From: Thermoanaerobaculia bacterium
Lineage (GTDB): Bacteria > Acidobacteriota > Thermoanaerobaculia > Multivoradales > Multivoraceae
DNA: 64,000 bases
Assembly: GCA_963664405.1 (NCBI GenBank)
Contig: OY761158.1
Span: forward strand, 3,584,001-3,648,000
Direction of reading: 5' to 3'
Numbering within the stretch: the stretch's first letter is position 1; the number at the start of each line of letters is the position of its first letter. The notes beneath the pieces were generated by a model. That model searched no databases and had not been told where the DNA came from. It was given only the letters and a program-made list of their open reading frames with translations. Shown here one piece after another: positions 40,838 through 50,242 of this stretch. The position numbers and the translations under genes were made by a program.

Positions 40838-41458
40838 ATGAATCAGAGCCATGTTTCTCAACCGAGCGCCTGGGACTTCCAGTCGGTCGTCGTTCCCTAT
40901 GTCGACGCGCTCTACAACACTGCTTTGCGCATGACTCGGAATCCCCAGGATGCAGAGGACCTGGTCCAAGAGACCTACCTCAAGGCTTACAAGTACTACG
41001 ACAAGTTCACTGAAGGGACCAACCTGAAGGCCTGGCTCTTCCGCATCCTCAAGAACACCTTCATCAACAACTACCGCAAGAAGCAGCAGGAGCCTCCTCA
41101 GAACGCCTTCGACGAGATCGAAGATGCCTTCGAGAAGCACATCAGCAGCGAGGCCGGGGGTCGGATCCCGAGCCCCGAAGAGAATGCGCTAGAAGATGTG
41201 CTCGACGACGAGGTGCAACACGCCATGGACTCGCTTCCGGACGACTATCGGATGGTTGTCGTGCTTGCCGATCTCGAGGATTTCTCCTACCAGGAGATCT
41301 CACAGATCCTCGATATCCCCGTCGGCACAGTGATGAGCCGCCTGTATCGAGCTCGGCGTCGACTCGAGTCCGAGATGCTCCACTACGCTCAGGATCACGG
41401 CTATATCCGGTCTCGCGACCCCGTTAAAATGCGGAGTCGTGAAAAGAAACCGTCCTGA
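40838..41458 (+). CDS. ECF RNA polymerase sigma factor (SigH/SigR-like)
   Basis: '[13 protein letters not shown]', '[17 protein letters not shown]', '[11 protein letters not shown]'. Confidence 0.94.
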   Translation: MNQSHVSQPSAWDFQSVVVPYVDALYNTALRMTRNPQDAEDLVQETYLKAYKYYDKFTEGTNLKAWLFRILKNTFINNYRKKQQEPPQNAFDEIEDAFEKHISSEAGGRIPSPEENALEDVLDDEVQHAMDSLPDDYRMVVVLADLEDFSYQEISQILDIPVGTVMSRLYRARRRLESEMLHYAQDHGYIRSRDPVKMRSREKKPS

Positions 41459-41583
41459 TCCTCCCGCTGCGGGAATAACTCCTGCCCTCTCGAGAGTTGA
41501 GCTGCAAGTAGCGGCCAACGCGCAAACCGTATTGTGCGCGAGGCCGTCGGGCCTTCAACTGAGCTTCAGACGGACGGGAGAAA

Positions 41584-41769
41584 ATGGCGGAAAAGCCCTC
41601 CGAGGTCGACTATAAGCCAGCCGAGTTCGAGCTGATGCTTCGCTCCACTGAAAGAGTGAGGGTTCTGGTGCAGCGCTCATGTCGCTGCTGCGCACCCTCG
41701 GATCTGCGAGTCAAAATTCAGCAGACTCTGGTCCTCTACGCGAGTAGTAGAGAGAGCTTCCGGGACTGA
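41584..41769 (+). CDS. Small Cys-rich protein, putative anti-sigma
   Basis: GGGAG RBS; 'LVQRSCRCCAPSDLRVKI' resembles the RsrA/RshA C-terminus. Confidence 0.55.
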   Translation: MAEKPSEVDYKPAEFELMLRSTERVRVLVQRSCRCCAPSDLRVKIQQTLVLYASSRESFRD

Positions 41770-41833
41770 TCGACCGGTTCCTGCGCCGGGTGGCATGGCG
41801 TGCTACTCTGCGACCGCCACTAGGGTCGCGTCG

Positions 41834-43162
41834 ATGTCTCGCCATTTGTTTCTCTTGCTGCTCCTCGTTGCCGTAGGCACGGGAGTCTTGCATCAAACCA
41901 CCCGTCGCCTCGAATTGGCGCTCGATTCCCCCTACCCAGTTTCGGCCGCGGAGCGTTATCGGCCCGAGTCGGCTGTCATTCCGGCTTTTTCTTTGGATGC
42001 TTTGCCGCCGGACTTGGACCTCGACCTTGCGGTCCCGGCGCGCTTGCGCCGAGGAGAGACTCTGGGGACGGTGCTTCAACGTCACGGGCTCGAGCCGGAC
42101 GAGGTCCAACGAGCCGCTGCGGCCGCCGCGGCCCACATCGACCTTCGGCGCTTGCGCGCCGGCGCTTCTTACCAGGCCTACTACCGGGAGGCGGGAGGGC
42201 TGGGCGGACTGGATCTACGAGTTGCTGGCAAGGGCATCTTCCGCCTTCGACGGCATCCGGATCGCTGGGTGGGGGAGTGGCTTGATTTCGCTAGGAGGGT
42301 GGTTACACGGTCTACCTCCGGTGTTCTCGAGCGTAGCCTCGAGGGCGCTGCTCGAGCCGCCGGTGCTCCCGCCGCGGTTGCCTACGAGATGGCTGACGTC
42401 TTGCAGTGGGACTTGGACTTCAACCGAGACCTGCGCCGCGGCGATAGCTTCGATGTCGTCTACGAGGAGTTGTATCTCGATGGTGAGCTCTTCGAGGTTC
42501 GCAGCATACTGGCGCTGAAATACCAGAACCAGGGGCGAAGCCTGGAGGCCTATCGCTATCGGGATGGCTACTACGACGCCGACGGCCGGCCGCTTCGCAA
42601 ACAGTTCTTGCGCTCGCCGCTCCAGTATTCTCGGGTGACCTCGAGCTTCAGCGCGCGGCGCTTTCATCCGATTCTCAAGGCCTATAGACCCCACTATGGC
42701 GTCGACTATGGTGCACCCACCGGTACACCGGTTCGCGCCACCGCGGCTGGAGTCGTGAGCTCGGCGGGCTCGACGAGCGGCGGTGGAAAGACGGTAAGCG
42801 TCCGCCACGCGAATGGTTACGTCACTTCTTATCTGCACCTCTCGCGCTTCGCCGCTGGACTCCGGGCTGGGCGCAGAGTAGCCCAGAGCGAAGTCGTCGG
42901 CTACGTGGGTGCGACGGGGTTGGCGACGGCGCCGCATCTCGACTATCGGGTTCAACAGGGAGGCCGCTGGCTCAACCCCGCAGGTCTCGTCAACGAGCCG
43001 GCACCGCCGATTCCCGAGGCCGAGCGCGAGCTCTTCGTCGCTAGCCGTGATGCTCTACGAGAGCAGCTGGGGCGAATTGCCGGTGACGCCTCAGGCAGCA
43101 CTCTGGTTGCGACAGCCACGAGCCCGCTCGAGATCTCGGGCTCTGCGGCCGGCGGTCGCTGA
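41834..43162 (+). CDS. M23 family peptidoglycan endopeptidase (MepM-like)
   Basis: 'RFHPIL...HYGVDYGAP.GTPV', 'YLHLS', 'PHLDY'; start approximate. Confidence 0.9.
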   Translation: MSRHLFLLLLLVAVGTGVLHQTTRRLELALDSPYPVSAAERYRPESAVIPAFSLDALPPDLDLDLAVPARLRRGETLGTVLQRHGLEPDEVQRAAAAAAAHIDLRRLRAGASYQAYYREAGGLGGLDLRVAGKGIFRLRRHPDRWVGEWLDFARRVVTRSTSGVLERSLEGAARAAGAPAAVAYEMADVLQWDLDFNRDLRRGDSFDVVYEELYLDGELFEVRSILALKYQNQGRSLEAYRYRDGYYDADGRPLRKQFLRSPLQYSRVTSSFSARRFHPILKAYRPHYGVDYGAPTGTPVRATAAGVVSSAGSTSGGGKTVSVRHANGYVTSYLHLSRFAAGLRAGRRVAQSEVVGYVGATGLATAPHLDYRVQQGGRWLNPAGLVNEPAPPIPEAERELFVASRDALREQLGRIAGDASGSTLVATATSPLEISGSAAGGR

Positions 43163-43175
43163 GGCGGGTGCACTA

Positions 43176-44192
43176 GTGCCCACAGTCGAGGCGCGGGCGC
43201 CGTGCCGCGTGGACCTTGCCGGCGGCACTCTCGATATCTGGCCCCTGGGCCTTCTCCACCCCGGAGCGATAACGGTCAATGTGGCGGTGGGGGTGTGGGT
43301 ACAAGTTACGCTCAGCGAGCGAGAGAGCGGCTGGGAAGTGGTGCTTCCGGCCGGCGAGGTGGAGCTCCACACTCGCGCCGAGTTGCTTGACCGCGAAGAC
43401 ACCGCCCTGATCGGCCGGGTGGTGGAGCACTTCGCTCTACCGCCGGCGAGGATAGAGCTCCACAGCGAATCGCCTCAGGGGGCCGGGCTGGGAGCGAGCT
43501 CGGCGTTGACCGTGGCGTTGATTGCGGCCTGCGAGAGCTTTCTCGGTCATCCGGCCGGCGAAGTCGAAGCGACGGCGCATCTCGCCCGCGATCTCGAGGC
43601 CGCGCTGATGTCGCTGCCGACAGGAACTCAAGATCACTATCCGGCTCTCTTGGGAGGAGCTCTGGCGATCCACCACCAGCCTGGCGGAGAGCGGGTGGAA
43701 TCGTTGCCTGTCGACCTGGACGCGCTCGGGCGACAGCTGATAGTGGTCTATTCAGGTCACAGCCACTTCTCCGCCGGCAACAACTTCGATGTGCTCTGTC
43801 GCCGCCTTCGAGGGGACTCGGAGACCACGGCCGGCTTGGGCGAGATCGCGGCTACTTCGCAGCAGATGGCGTCGGCGCTTGCGCGAGCGGAGCTAGAGGT
43901 CGTGGGCCGGCTGATGACTGAGGAGTGGCAGGCTCGACGGAGGCTGTCGGAGGTGGTCTCGACCCCGGAGGTGGAAGAGATTCTCGAGCTGGCCCACGAG
44001 GGCGGGGCTTTAGGAGGAAAGGTCTGCGGTGCGGGCGGCGGTGGCTGCGTGGCTCTGCTGTGTCCGCCCGAGCGCCGCAAGAATGTGGAGAGCGCGGTGA
44101 TCGGCGCCGGATACCGACTCCTGGCGGCCGTCCCGACGGCGTCATCGTTGGAGCTTAGCTCCGAAGCGCTGGAGGTTGGGTTCCGACTCTAG
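43176..44192 (+). CDS. GHMP sugar kinase (HddA-like)
   Basis: 'APCRVDLAGGTLD', 'PQGAGLGASS', 'GTQD', 'GGKVCGAGGGG'. Confidence 0.88.
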   Translation: MPTVEARAPCRVDLAGGTLDIWPLGLLHPGAITVNVAVGVWVQVTLSERESGWEVVLPAGEVELHTRAELLDREDTALIGRVVEHFALPPARIELHSESPQGAGLGASSALTVALIAACESFLGHPAGEVEATAHLARDLEAALMSLPTGTQDHYPALLGGALAIHHQPGGERVESLPVDLDALGRQLIVVYSGHSHFSAGNNFDVLCRRLRGDSETTAGLGEIAATSQQMASALARAELEVVGRLMTEEWQARRRLSEVVSTPEVEEILELAHEGGALGGKVCGAGGGGCVALLCPPERRKNVESAVIGAGYRLLAAVPTASSLELSSEALEVGFRL

Positions 44193-44244
44193 CCCCGGAA
44201 AACGGGCCTCCGGCCCGTTCTCCGGCCCATCCCCCCCTAAGAAC

Positions 44245-44540
44245 TACTCGCCTGTCCGATTCTCGGACACGCTCCTAGCGCGCGCGCTCGTCCAGCGCGC
44301 GATAGGCCTGCTCGAGACTGAAGATAGGCGGCGGCAGTGAAGGCATCAGGCAGTCGTGGGTCGGCCTCACTCATTCGGCCTCTGGTCTGTTCGAGGTCGG
44401 CTATCAGGCGATGCACTTCGACGACACTGCTGATACTGGGGGCGGAAGAGATTGTCTTGGCCCTGGACGCGGTGTGACCGGCCCGTGCTCGACCGAGTGA
44501 GTTAGCTAATCCGTAGCTCAAGTTCTGCGTAAGCGGACTT
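44245..44540 (+). ncRNA. Candidate structured non-coding RNA or leader (unassigned family)
   Basis: Several nested helices in a ~530-nt intergenic region, ending in a GUAA-capped hairpin and a strong terminator. Confidence 0.4.
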
Positions 44541-44543
44541 TTT

Positions 44544-44578
44544 ACGGGGCGGGCCTCTAGGCCCGCCCCGTTTTTTTT
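44544..44578 (+). terminator. Strong intrinsic terminator
   Basis: ACGGGGCGGGCC-tcta-GGCCCGCCCCGT perfect 12-bp stem followed by a T-run. Confidence 0.9.
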
Positions 44579-44720
44579 GTCTCGATTGGCGCCGGTGGGG
44601 CGCCTCTCCCTTTGGTTAGTAGATCGAAGTGCTCTCTTGAGGGCGAGGGGAGATTGTGGCACCGTTCCGAAAGCTGTATTTGCATTTAGATATTTATAGA
44701 TATGCCTCGAGGATTACGTC

Positions 44721-47700
44721 TTGAAGATCTGCTGTATCCCGCTCCTCGTTCTAGGTCTTCTCGTCGCGCCGCGGCAGCTGACAGCACAGTCTTGTCCGGA
44801 GCCCTCGCCTAGCTGCGCGCCCGACTTCTGCAACAAGACCCCAGCGGTCCCGGCACCGCCGGCGCTCTGGGATGAGCTGAAGGCGGTGTCCATCCTTTCC
44901 GATAGCAGCGGCCTGGACGATTTCGACGCCGGTGCCTTCGAACGGACCACCTCGGTCTTTCCCGTCGACGGCTTGCTCTTTGTTACACTTATCAAGCGCT
45001 TTCAGATCTGGGACATCTCCAACCCCGAGGTACCGGTGCTGAGGGAGTCCCACTCGCTCAATTCCCTAGAGCGGGACGGGCTGGATACAGGCTCGGTCGA
45101 TCGCCACTCCTTCGCGGCGCTCCGTTCGGTGCGAACTCCACCGAATGACTCCGGCATTGCGGTCATCGCCGCCGAAAAGGGAATCGGAACCGCCATTTTC
45201 GACACCCGCGCGGGAAGCAAATCGGCCCTCCTCTATCAGGACCACAGCGGCGGCAGTAGCGGCAGCGAGGAAAAGGACGCCTTCCAAGTCGAGGTGCTCC
45301 ATAACGGCAATGGTCGCGATTACGCTTTCGTTGCGGGAGACCTTCAGGGAGCGGCCCTTCGAGTCTACGACCTGACCCGGGCCCGCACTCTAAGTGGTCC
45401 TTGTGTCGAGAGTATTCCAGCCGCGCCAAACAGCCTCTGCAACGGTGTGCATGTGGGCTCGCTCGCACTTGGCTCGAATACCATCGCCGACGGCGTCTCT
45501 GGCGTCGGCGATTTTGTGGTCGTCGGCAGGCAGAAAAGGAGCGGTCTGGGCGGCGGCAAAACCGGTTTTGCGATCTACGACGTCTCGAACCCGGCGAATC
45601 CCGTGGAGAGGCTGAGCGCAATCGAGAGTACAACAACCGGCGGCGTCGCGATGTGGCGCCAGCTGAACCCGCTTGGCGGGCACTTTTACTATGTCGGCGT
45701 GCGCATCGCCGGAGAGGGAAGAATCTACGATGTGAGCTGCGTCGCCAGTGGCTCGTGCTCGTTGGCTGCCGGTGATCTCAAGTGGTCGCAGGCGATGAAT
45801 TCTGCTCACACCGGTCGGGTCACCTTTTCTCGAAGTGACGGCACCCCCTTCCTCTACTTTGCGGCCAACGTCGAGGGTTGCTCGGTGTCCGATCAGGGAG
45901 AGTGGATCTTCGACGTCAGCGAGCCGAGCTTGCCGCGTGACGTGACTCCGCAGAACATCATCTTTGTGCGCGGAGACCCGACGGGGTACTGGTCGTGGTA
46001 CTCGGCGGAAGGGCTGCAGGGGTACAACCTCGCGATCGGCAGGCAGGGTATGTTCTCCGGTCGCTACTTCTTCAGGGCTGCGCGTTCATTGCTGGACTCT
46101 CATCGCTGGGTCGGCTCGGGAGGGCCGCAGGCACCAGTGATCGGGGCTATCTCCGCCAGCTCCAGAGCCAGGGGTGGTGGCGCGGTCTCCGTGACGCAGT
46201 GCGAATCCGTCGAGTTTATGGCGGAGGGCGTGCTCGGCGGCACCGGGGGCGACTACGACTGGGTGCTCCTGGATGGTGGCGGTTCCAGCACCGGCGTGAC
46301 CGAAGAGAACGGCACGGAGCTCTTCGTGTGGAACTCGAGCGACTCCCCGATTCTCGGCCCTGGCACTTTTCGCGCGGAGCTGACTTTGACGAATGCGGTG
46401 GGATCCGTCACCTGTCCGATAGAGTGTGCTGGGGGAAGTGAAGCAGTGCTCGTGTCCGCACCTGCCCCCCTGCCGTTGTCATTGAGCTTCACTCCCAGCT
46501 GCAGTGTGTCCGGTCTTACCGTGACCTGTAGTGCAAATGTGTCGGGAGCGTCGGTCTTTGACTGGGACTTCGGTGACAGTACTCAGACCGGTCCTACCAG
46601 CGATGCGACGGCTCAGCACACCTACGCGAACACCACTGCGTCGTACAACGTAACGGTTCAGGTATCCAACTGCATCGACATTTCGCCTCGAGGCAGCCAG
46701 GCGGCAGAGGTTGAGGTCTCCTTTGCGACAGTGACTCCGACGCCGTTGCCCACTGCGACGCCCGGTCCCTGTGGTGGGGCCTCACTCGGCTGCGTCACGC
46801 CGGGGCCGCCTCCGCCCCCGGCAGCGACGTCGACGCCGCGACCGCCGACCCAGACTCCTACACCGTCAGGGCCCACTCCTACGTCGTCGTGTAGTGGAGT
46901 CTCCCTGGGGTGCACTACGCCGACGCCTTCGGGCCCGACCCCGACCCCTACAGTGCCAGTACAGAGCAACTGCGTAGAGAGCGCCACGGCTCTCTGCCTC
47001 AACCAGAATCGCTTCCGGGTCGAGGTGGCCTGGCACAGCGGGATCGCAACCGGGGATGGGCAGGCGGTCAAGATAACGCCCGACACCGGGTACTTCTGGT
47101 TCTTCAACCCAGACAACGTAGAGATCATCGTCAAGGTTCTGGATAGCTGTGGCAGCAGTTTCGACAGCTTCTGGTTCTTTGGCGGCGGGCTCACCGATGT
47201 CTTCGCAACGATCAGGGTTACCGACACAGAGACGAATGAAGAGAAGATCTATCAGAACCCACTCGGAACACCGTTCGAGCCAATCCAGGACACCGCAGCC
47301 TTTGCTGCCTGCGACTCCGGCGACACCCTGGTCGCGGGCGCTCCTTCTCTCGGAGGCCGTGCCGGCGGAGTCTTTGGTACCGTGAGGAGCGCGCTGCAAT
47401 CCTTGCTGGCGAGACTTGGCGGCGACGACATTGGAGAGCGGATCAACGTACCGGGTCCCGGCGGTCCGACACCTCCGGCGCCGACACCGACACCGCCGAG
47501 CGGGCCGGCACCGGATCCGTGTCCCACGGGTGCCCTTTGTCTCCAGGACGGGCGCTTCCAGGTGACGACCACCTGGCGCACGCCGGAGGGCGGGTCGGGC
47601 GTGGGCCAGCCCGTAACCTTGACCAGTGAGACGGGTTACTTCTCCTTCTTCAACAGCAGCAATGTCGAGCTGGTTGTCAAGGTCCTCGACGCCTGCGCGA

Positions 47701-47867
47701 CCACCTTTGACTCGCACTGGGTCTTCGCCGCCGGTCTGACCAACGTCGAAGTCGATCTCACGGTGCTGGATACCGCCAGTGGAGAGTCCAGGATCTATAC
47801 CAACCCGCAGGGTGTGCCTTTCGAGGCGATCCTGGACACCGCAGCCTTCTCCACTTGTAGCTTCTAG
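44721..47867 (+). CDS. Large secreted/surface protein: LVIVD-like repeats, PKD, Pro/Thr linker, two tandem C-terminal domains
   Basis: Signal peptide, 'IWDISNP'/'IYDVSNP' repeats, 'WDFGD', PT-rich tract, duplicated 'LCL..RF.V...W...TGYF.FFN..NVE..VKVLD'. Confidence 0.85.
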   Translation: MKICCIPLLVLGLLVAPRQLTAQSCPEPSPSCAPDFCNKTPAVPAPPALWDELKAVSILSDSSGLDDFDAGAFERTTSVFPVDGLLFVTLIKRFQIWDISNPEVPVLRESHSLNSLERDGLDTGSVDRHSFAALRSVRTPPNDSGIAVIAAEKGIGTAIFDTRAGSKSALLYQDHSGGSSGSEEKDAFQVEVLHNGNGRDYAFVAGDLQGAALRVYDLTRARTLSGPCVESIPAAPNSLCNGVHVGSLALGSNTIADGVSGVGDFVVVGRQKRSGLGGGKTGFAIYDVSNPANPVERLSAIESTTTGGVAMWRQLNPLGGHFYYVGVRIAGEGRIYDVSCVASGSCSLAAGDLKWSQAMNSAHTGRVTFSRSDGTPFLYFAANVEGCSVSDQGEWIFDVSEPSLPRDVTPQNIIFVRGDPTGYWSWYSAEGLQGYNLAIGRQGMFSGRYFFRAARSLLDSHRWVGSGGPQAPVIGAISASSRARGGGAVSVTQCESVEFMAEGVLGGTGGDYDWVLLDGGGSSTGVTEENGTELFVWNSSDSPILGPGTFRAELTLTNAVGSVTCPIECAGGSEAVLVSAPAPLPLSLSFTPSCSVSGLTVTCSANVSGASVFDWDFGDSTQTGPTSDATAQHTYANTTASYNVTVQVSNCIDISPRGSQAAEVEVSFATVTPTPLPTATPGPCGGASLGCVTPGPPPPPAATSTPRPPTQTPTPSGPTPTSSCSGVSLGCTTPTPSGPTPTPTVPVQSNCVESATALCLNQNRFRVEVAWHSGIATGDGQAVKITPDTGYFWFFNPDNVEIIVKVLDSCGSSFDSFWFFGGGLTDVFATIRVTDTETNEEKIYQNPLGTPFEPIQDTAAFAACDSGDTLVAGAPSLGGRAGGVFGTVRSALQSLLARLGGDDIGERINVPGPGGPTPPAPTPTPPSGPAPDPCPTGALCLQDGRFQVTTTWRTPEGGSGVGQPVTLTSETGYFSFFNSSNVELVVKVLDACATTFDSHWVFAAGLTNVEVDLTVLDTASGESRIYTNPQGVPFEAILDTAAFSTCSF

Positions 47868-48119
47868 GGCGGGGCGCCCAGGCGGGGCCTGCCCTCCTGG
47901 CGAGCGCGGTGGCCGGAGGCGGGAGTGACACTCCCCCTCTTGGGGGCCGACGATGTCAATCGGAAGATCACTCGGGCGGTGTAGCTCTGCTGGGGCGCAT
48001 CGCTAGCAGACCCGCGGAGCACCCCGGTCCCTGACGCCCCCTCGCGGCCCGCCCCTGCAAGCGACCGCCGGAGGACTACCCCTTGTCTTCGCGCCCCGCC
48101 GAGGCTATCCTGCCTCGGG

Positions 48120-48884
48120 TTGCGACTCTTCCTACTCGGAGAGCTGGTGCGGCGAGACTTCAGGGCTCGCTATGCCGGCTCGCTATTCGGCTTCGTGTGG
48201 TCCTTTGCGCTGCCGCTCTGGCAGCTCCTGCTGTTCACCTTTGTCTTTTCCGGGGTGCTGCGAGTTTCGCTGACGGGTGAGCGCACGCAGAACTTCGCTC
48301 TCTATCTCTTCTGCGGGCTTCTTCCGTATATGGCCCTCAACGAAGGGGTCAACCGCGCAGCGACGGCGGTCACCGATAACGCGCCGCTGGTCAAGAAGCT
48401 ACGATTCCCTCTCGCTCTTCTCGTCGTCACGGTGGTGACCACCGCTTTCCTTCACGAGGCTGTCGCGCTCACGGTTTTCGTGGTGGTCCTCATCGTTCTC
48501 GGCGAAGGAAGTCTGAGCAGCCTGCCGCTACTCGCGATCGCGATCCCGCTGCAGCTCTGTCTGACCCTGGGGCTGGGCTTGCTGCTCGCGACACTCCACG
48601 TGTTCGTTCGTGACACAGTCCAGGCGCTTGCTCTTCTCTTCAGCGCACTCTTCTACTTCACGCCCATCGTGTACCCGCTGTCCATGGTTCCGGAAAGATT
48701 CCTAGCGTGGATCGCGCTGAATCCGCTCACCCCTCTAGTGGCGATGTATCGCTCGGCGCTCCTCGGCGGCGATGCGCCTTCGATCCGAGCCTTGACTCCC
48801 CTTCTCCTTGCCTCGGCCACGGCGCTGGTGGTCGGAGTTACCGTCTTCCACAAGTGCAGCAGCGCCTTCGCCGACGAGCTCTAG
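48120..48884 (+). CDS. wzm: ABC-2 polysaccharide export permease (Wzm-like)
   Basis: 'RRDFRARYAGS..G..W', 'FYFTPIVYP', 'FADEL'. Confidence 0.9.
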   Translation: MRLFLLGELVRRDFRARYAGSLFGFVWSFALPLWQLLLFTFVFSGVLRVSLTGERTQNFALYLFCGLLPYMALNEGVNRAATAVTDNAPLVKKLRFPLALLVVTVVTTAFLHEAVALTVFVVVLIVLGEGSLSSLPLLAIAIPLQLCLTLGLGLLLATLHVFVRDTVQALALLFSALFYFTPIVYPLSMVPERFLAWIALNPLTPLVAMYRSALLGGDAPSIRALTPLLLASATALVVGVTVFHKCSSAFADEL

Positions 48885-49024
48885 CTCCCACTGTGGCAGG
48901 CGGCTGAGCCGCGGCCGGAGGACCGAAAATGATGAGCCACTCCATGCGCCGTCCTCGGCGCCATTCTCGAGCAGGTGCAGGAAATGATAGCGATCACTTC
49001 CTGCGGCTGGGATAATCACCCGAT

Positions 49025-50242
49025 ATGGCCGGTTCAGTGGTCGCGGTTCGGGGCCTCGAGAAAACGTACAAGGTGTTCTCCAGCCCCTGGGAACGCCTGT
49101 GGGAGGCGCTTGGGGGTAGCCCTCGTCACCGCCCCTTTCGCGCGCTCGAGAACGTCAGCTTCGAGCTCGAGGCGGGGGAAGCCCTGGGTGTGGTCGGAGA
49201 GAACGGCGCGGGCAAGAGTACGTTGCTCAAGATCCTGGCTGGGGTTCTCGAGCCCAGCGGCGGTGAGCTCGAGGTTCGCGGCAAGGTAGCTTCGATTCTC
49301 GAGCTCGGTTCCGGCTTTCATCCCGAGTTCACCGGACGTGAGAATCTTCTTCTCAATGCTGCCATCCTCGGACTCGGCCGCCAGGAGACTCTCGCCAAGC
49401 TCCCACAGATCCTCGAGTTCAGTGAGCTCGGCGCTGCCATCGATCAGCCGGTCAAGGCCTATTCGACGGGTATGACGATGCGCTTGGCCTTCTCGATAGC
49501 CACCCAGGTGGAGCCCGACGTGCTGATTGTCGATGAGGCTCTGTCGGTGGGAGACGGTTACTTTCAGAAGAAGAGTATGGACCGGATGACAGAGCTGGTC
49601 CGTGGCGGCACCACCCTGGTCTTCTGCTCCCACGCGATGTACTACGTCTCGTCGTTCTGTGAACGGGCTCTATGGCTACGCCAGGGCTGTGTCGAGAAGC
49701 TGGGTACGTCGCGGGATGTGATTGTCGACTACGAGGGGTATCTGCTGGAAAAGGGGCGGGCCGAGGAGGTGGACGAAGAAGAGGCGGTAGATGCGGGAGC
49801 CGTCGAGGAGCGTCCTTCGGGTCCTGCCCGGCTGGTCCGGGTCGAGCTGGTCGAGCCGCGAGAGGAGGCCACTTCTCGTCACCCCGGGGAGCCCTGGGCG
49901 CTCGAGGTGAGTTGGGAGTGCGATGACGAGAACCTCGCCTTCCAGCTCGGTGTCGGGGTGAATCGCAGCGATGGCACCGAAGTCTTTTCCTGTGAAACGG
50001 TCGGTGTGGAGGGGTTTCCCCTCACTGGGGCCAGACGCTATGTGGCTCGGCTGTGTGTGCCCCGGCTCCCGTTGGTGAAGGGCGATTTCGAGGTCTACGT
50101 TCATCTTGGCGACGAGAAGGGCCTACACGTCTACGACCGCGACCGATTGAGCCCGGGCTTCGTCGTGCGCGGCGAGACCTACAGCTTCGGCCTGGTGCAA
50201 GTCGAACATCGCTGGGAGGTCGAAGAATGCGGCTCGGGGTAG
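49025..50242 (+). CDS. wzt: Polysaccharide export ATPase with C-terminal domain (Wzt-like)
   Basis: GENGAGKST, 'YSTGM..RLAF', 'DEALSVGD'; ~140-aa Wzt_C-like extension. Confidence 0.92.
   Translation: MAGSVVAVRGLEKTYKVFSSPWERLWEALGGSPRHRPFRALENVSFELEAGEALGVVGENGAGKSTLLKILAGVLEPSGGELEVRGKVASILELGSGFHPEFTGRENLLLNAAILGLGRQETLAKLPQILEFSELGAAIDQPVKAYSTGMTMRLAFSIATQVEPDVLIVDEALSVGDGYFQKKSMDRMTELVRGGTTLVFCSHAMYYVSSFCERALWLRQGCVEKLGTSRDVIVDYEGYLLEKGRAEEVDEEEAVDAGAVEERPSGPARLVRVELVEPREEATSRHPGEPWALEVSWECDDENLAFQLGVGVNRSDGTEVFSCETVGVEGFPLTGARRYVARLCVPRLPLVKGDFEVYVHLGDEKGLHVYDRDRLSPGFVVRGETYSFGLVQVEHRWEVEECGSG

Noticed and set aside
44318-44470. Hammerhead (CTGAAGA) or tmRNA (GGGGGCGGAAGAGATT) assignment
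   Set aside because: No stem II followed by GAAA; no TTCGAC, T-arm or CCA end.
44657-44685. TGGCAC...TTGCA as a sigma54 promoter
   Set aside because: The spacing is far longer than the strict GG-N10-GC requirement.
47868-48119. tRNA-like GGCGGTGTAGCTC and nested hairpins before wzm
   Set aside because: No T-loop or cloverleaf; pairing is explainable by very high GC, and there is no exact ops/JUMPstart motif.
48885-49024. 140-bp gap with a GCAGGAA..TTCCTGC hairpin between wzm and wzt
   Set aside because: A single hairpin with no U-tract and no second copy; insufficient support for a feature.
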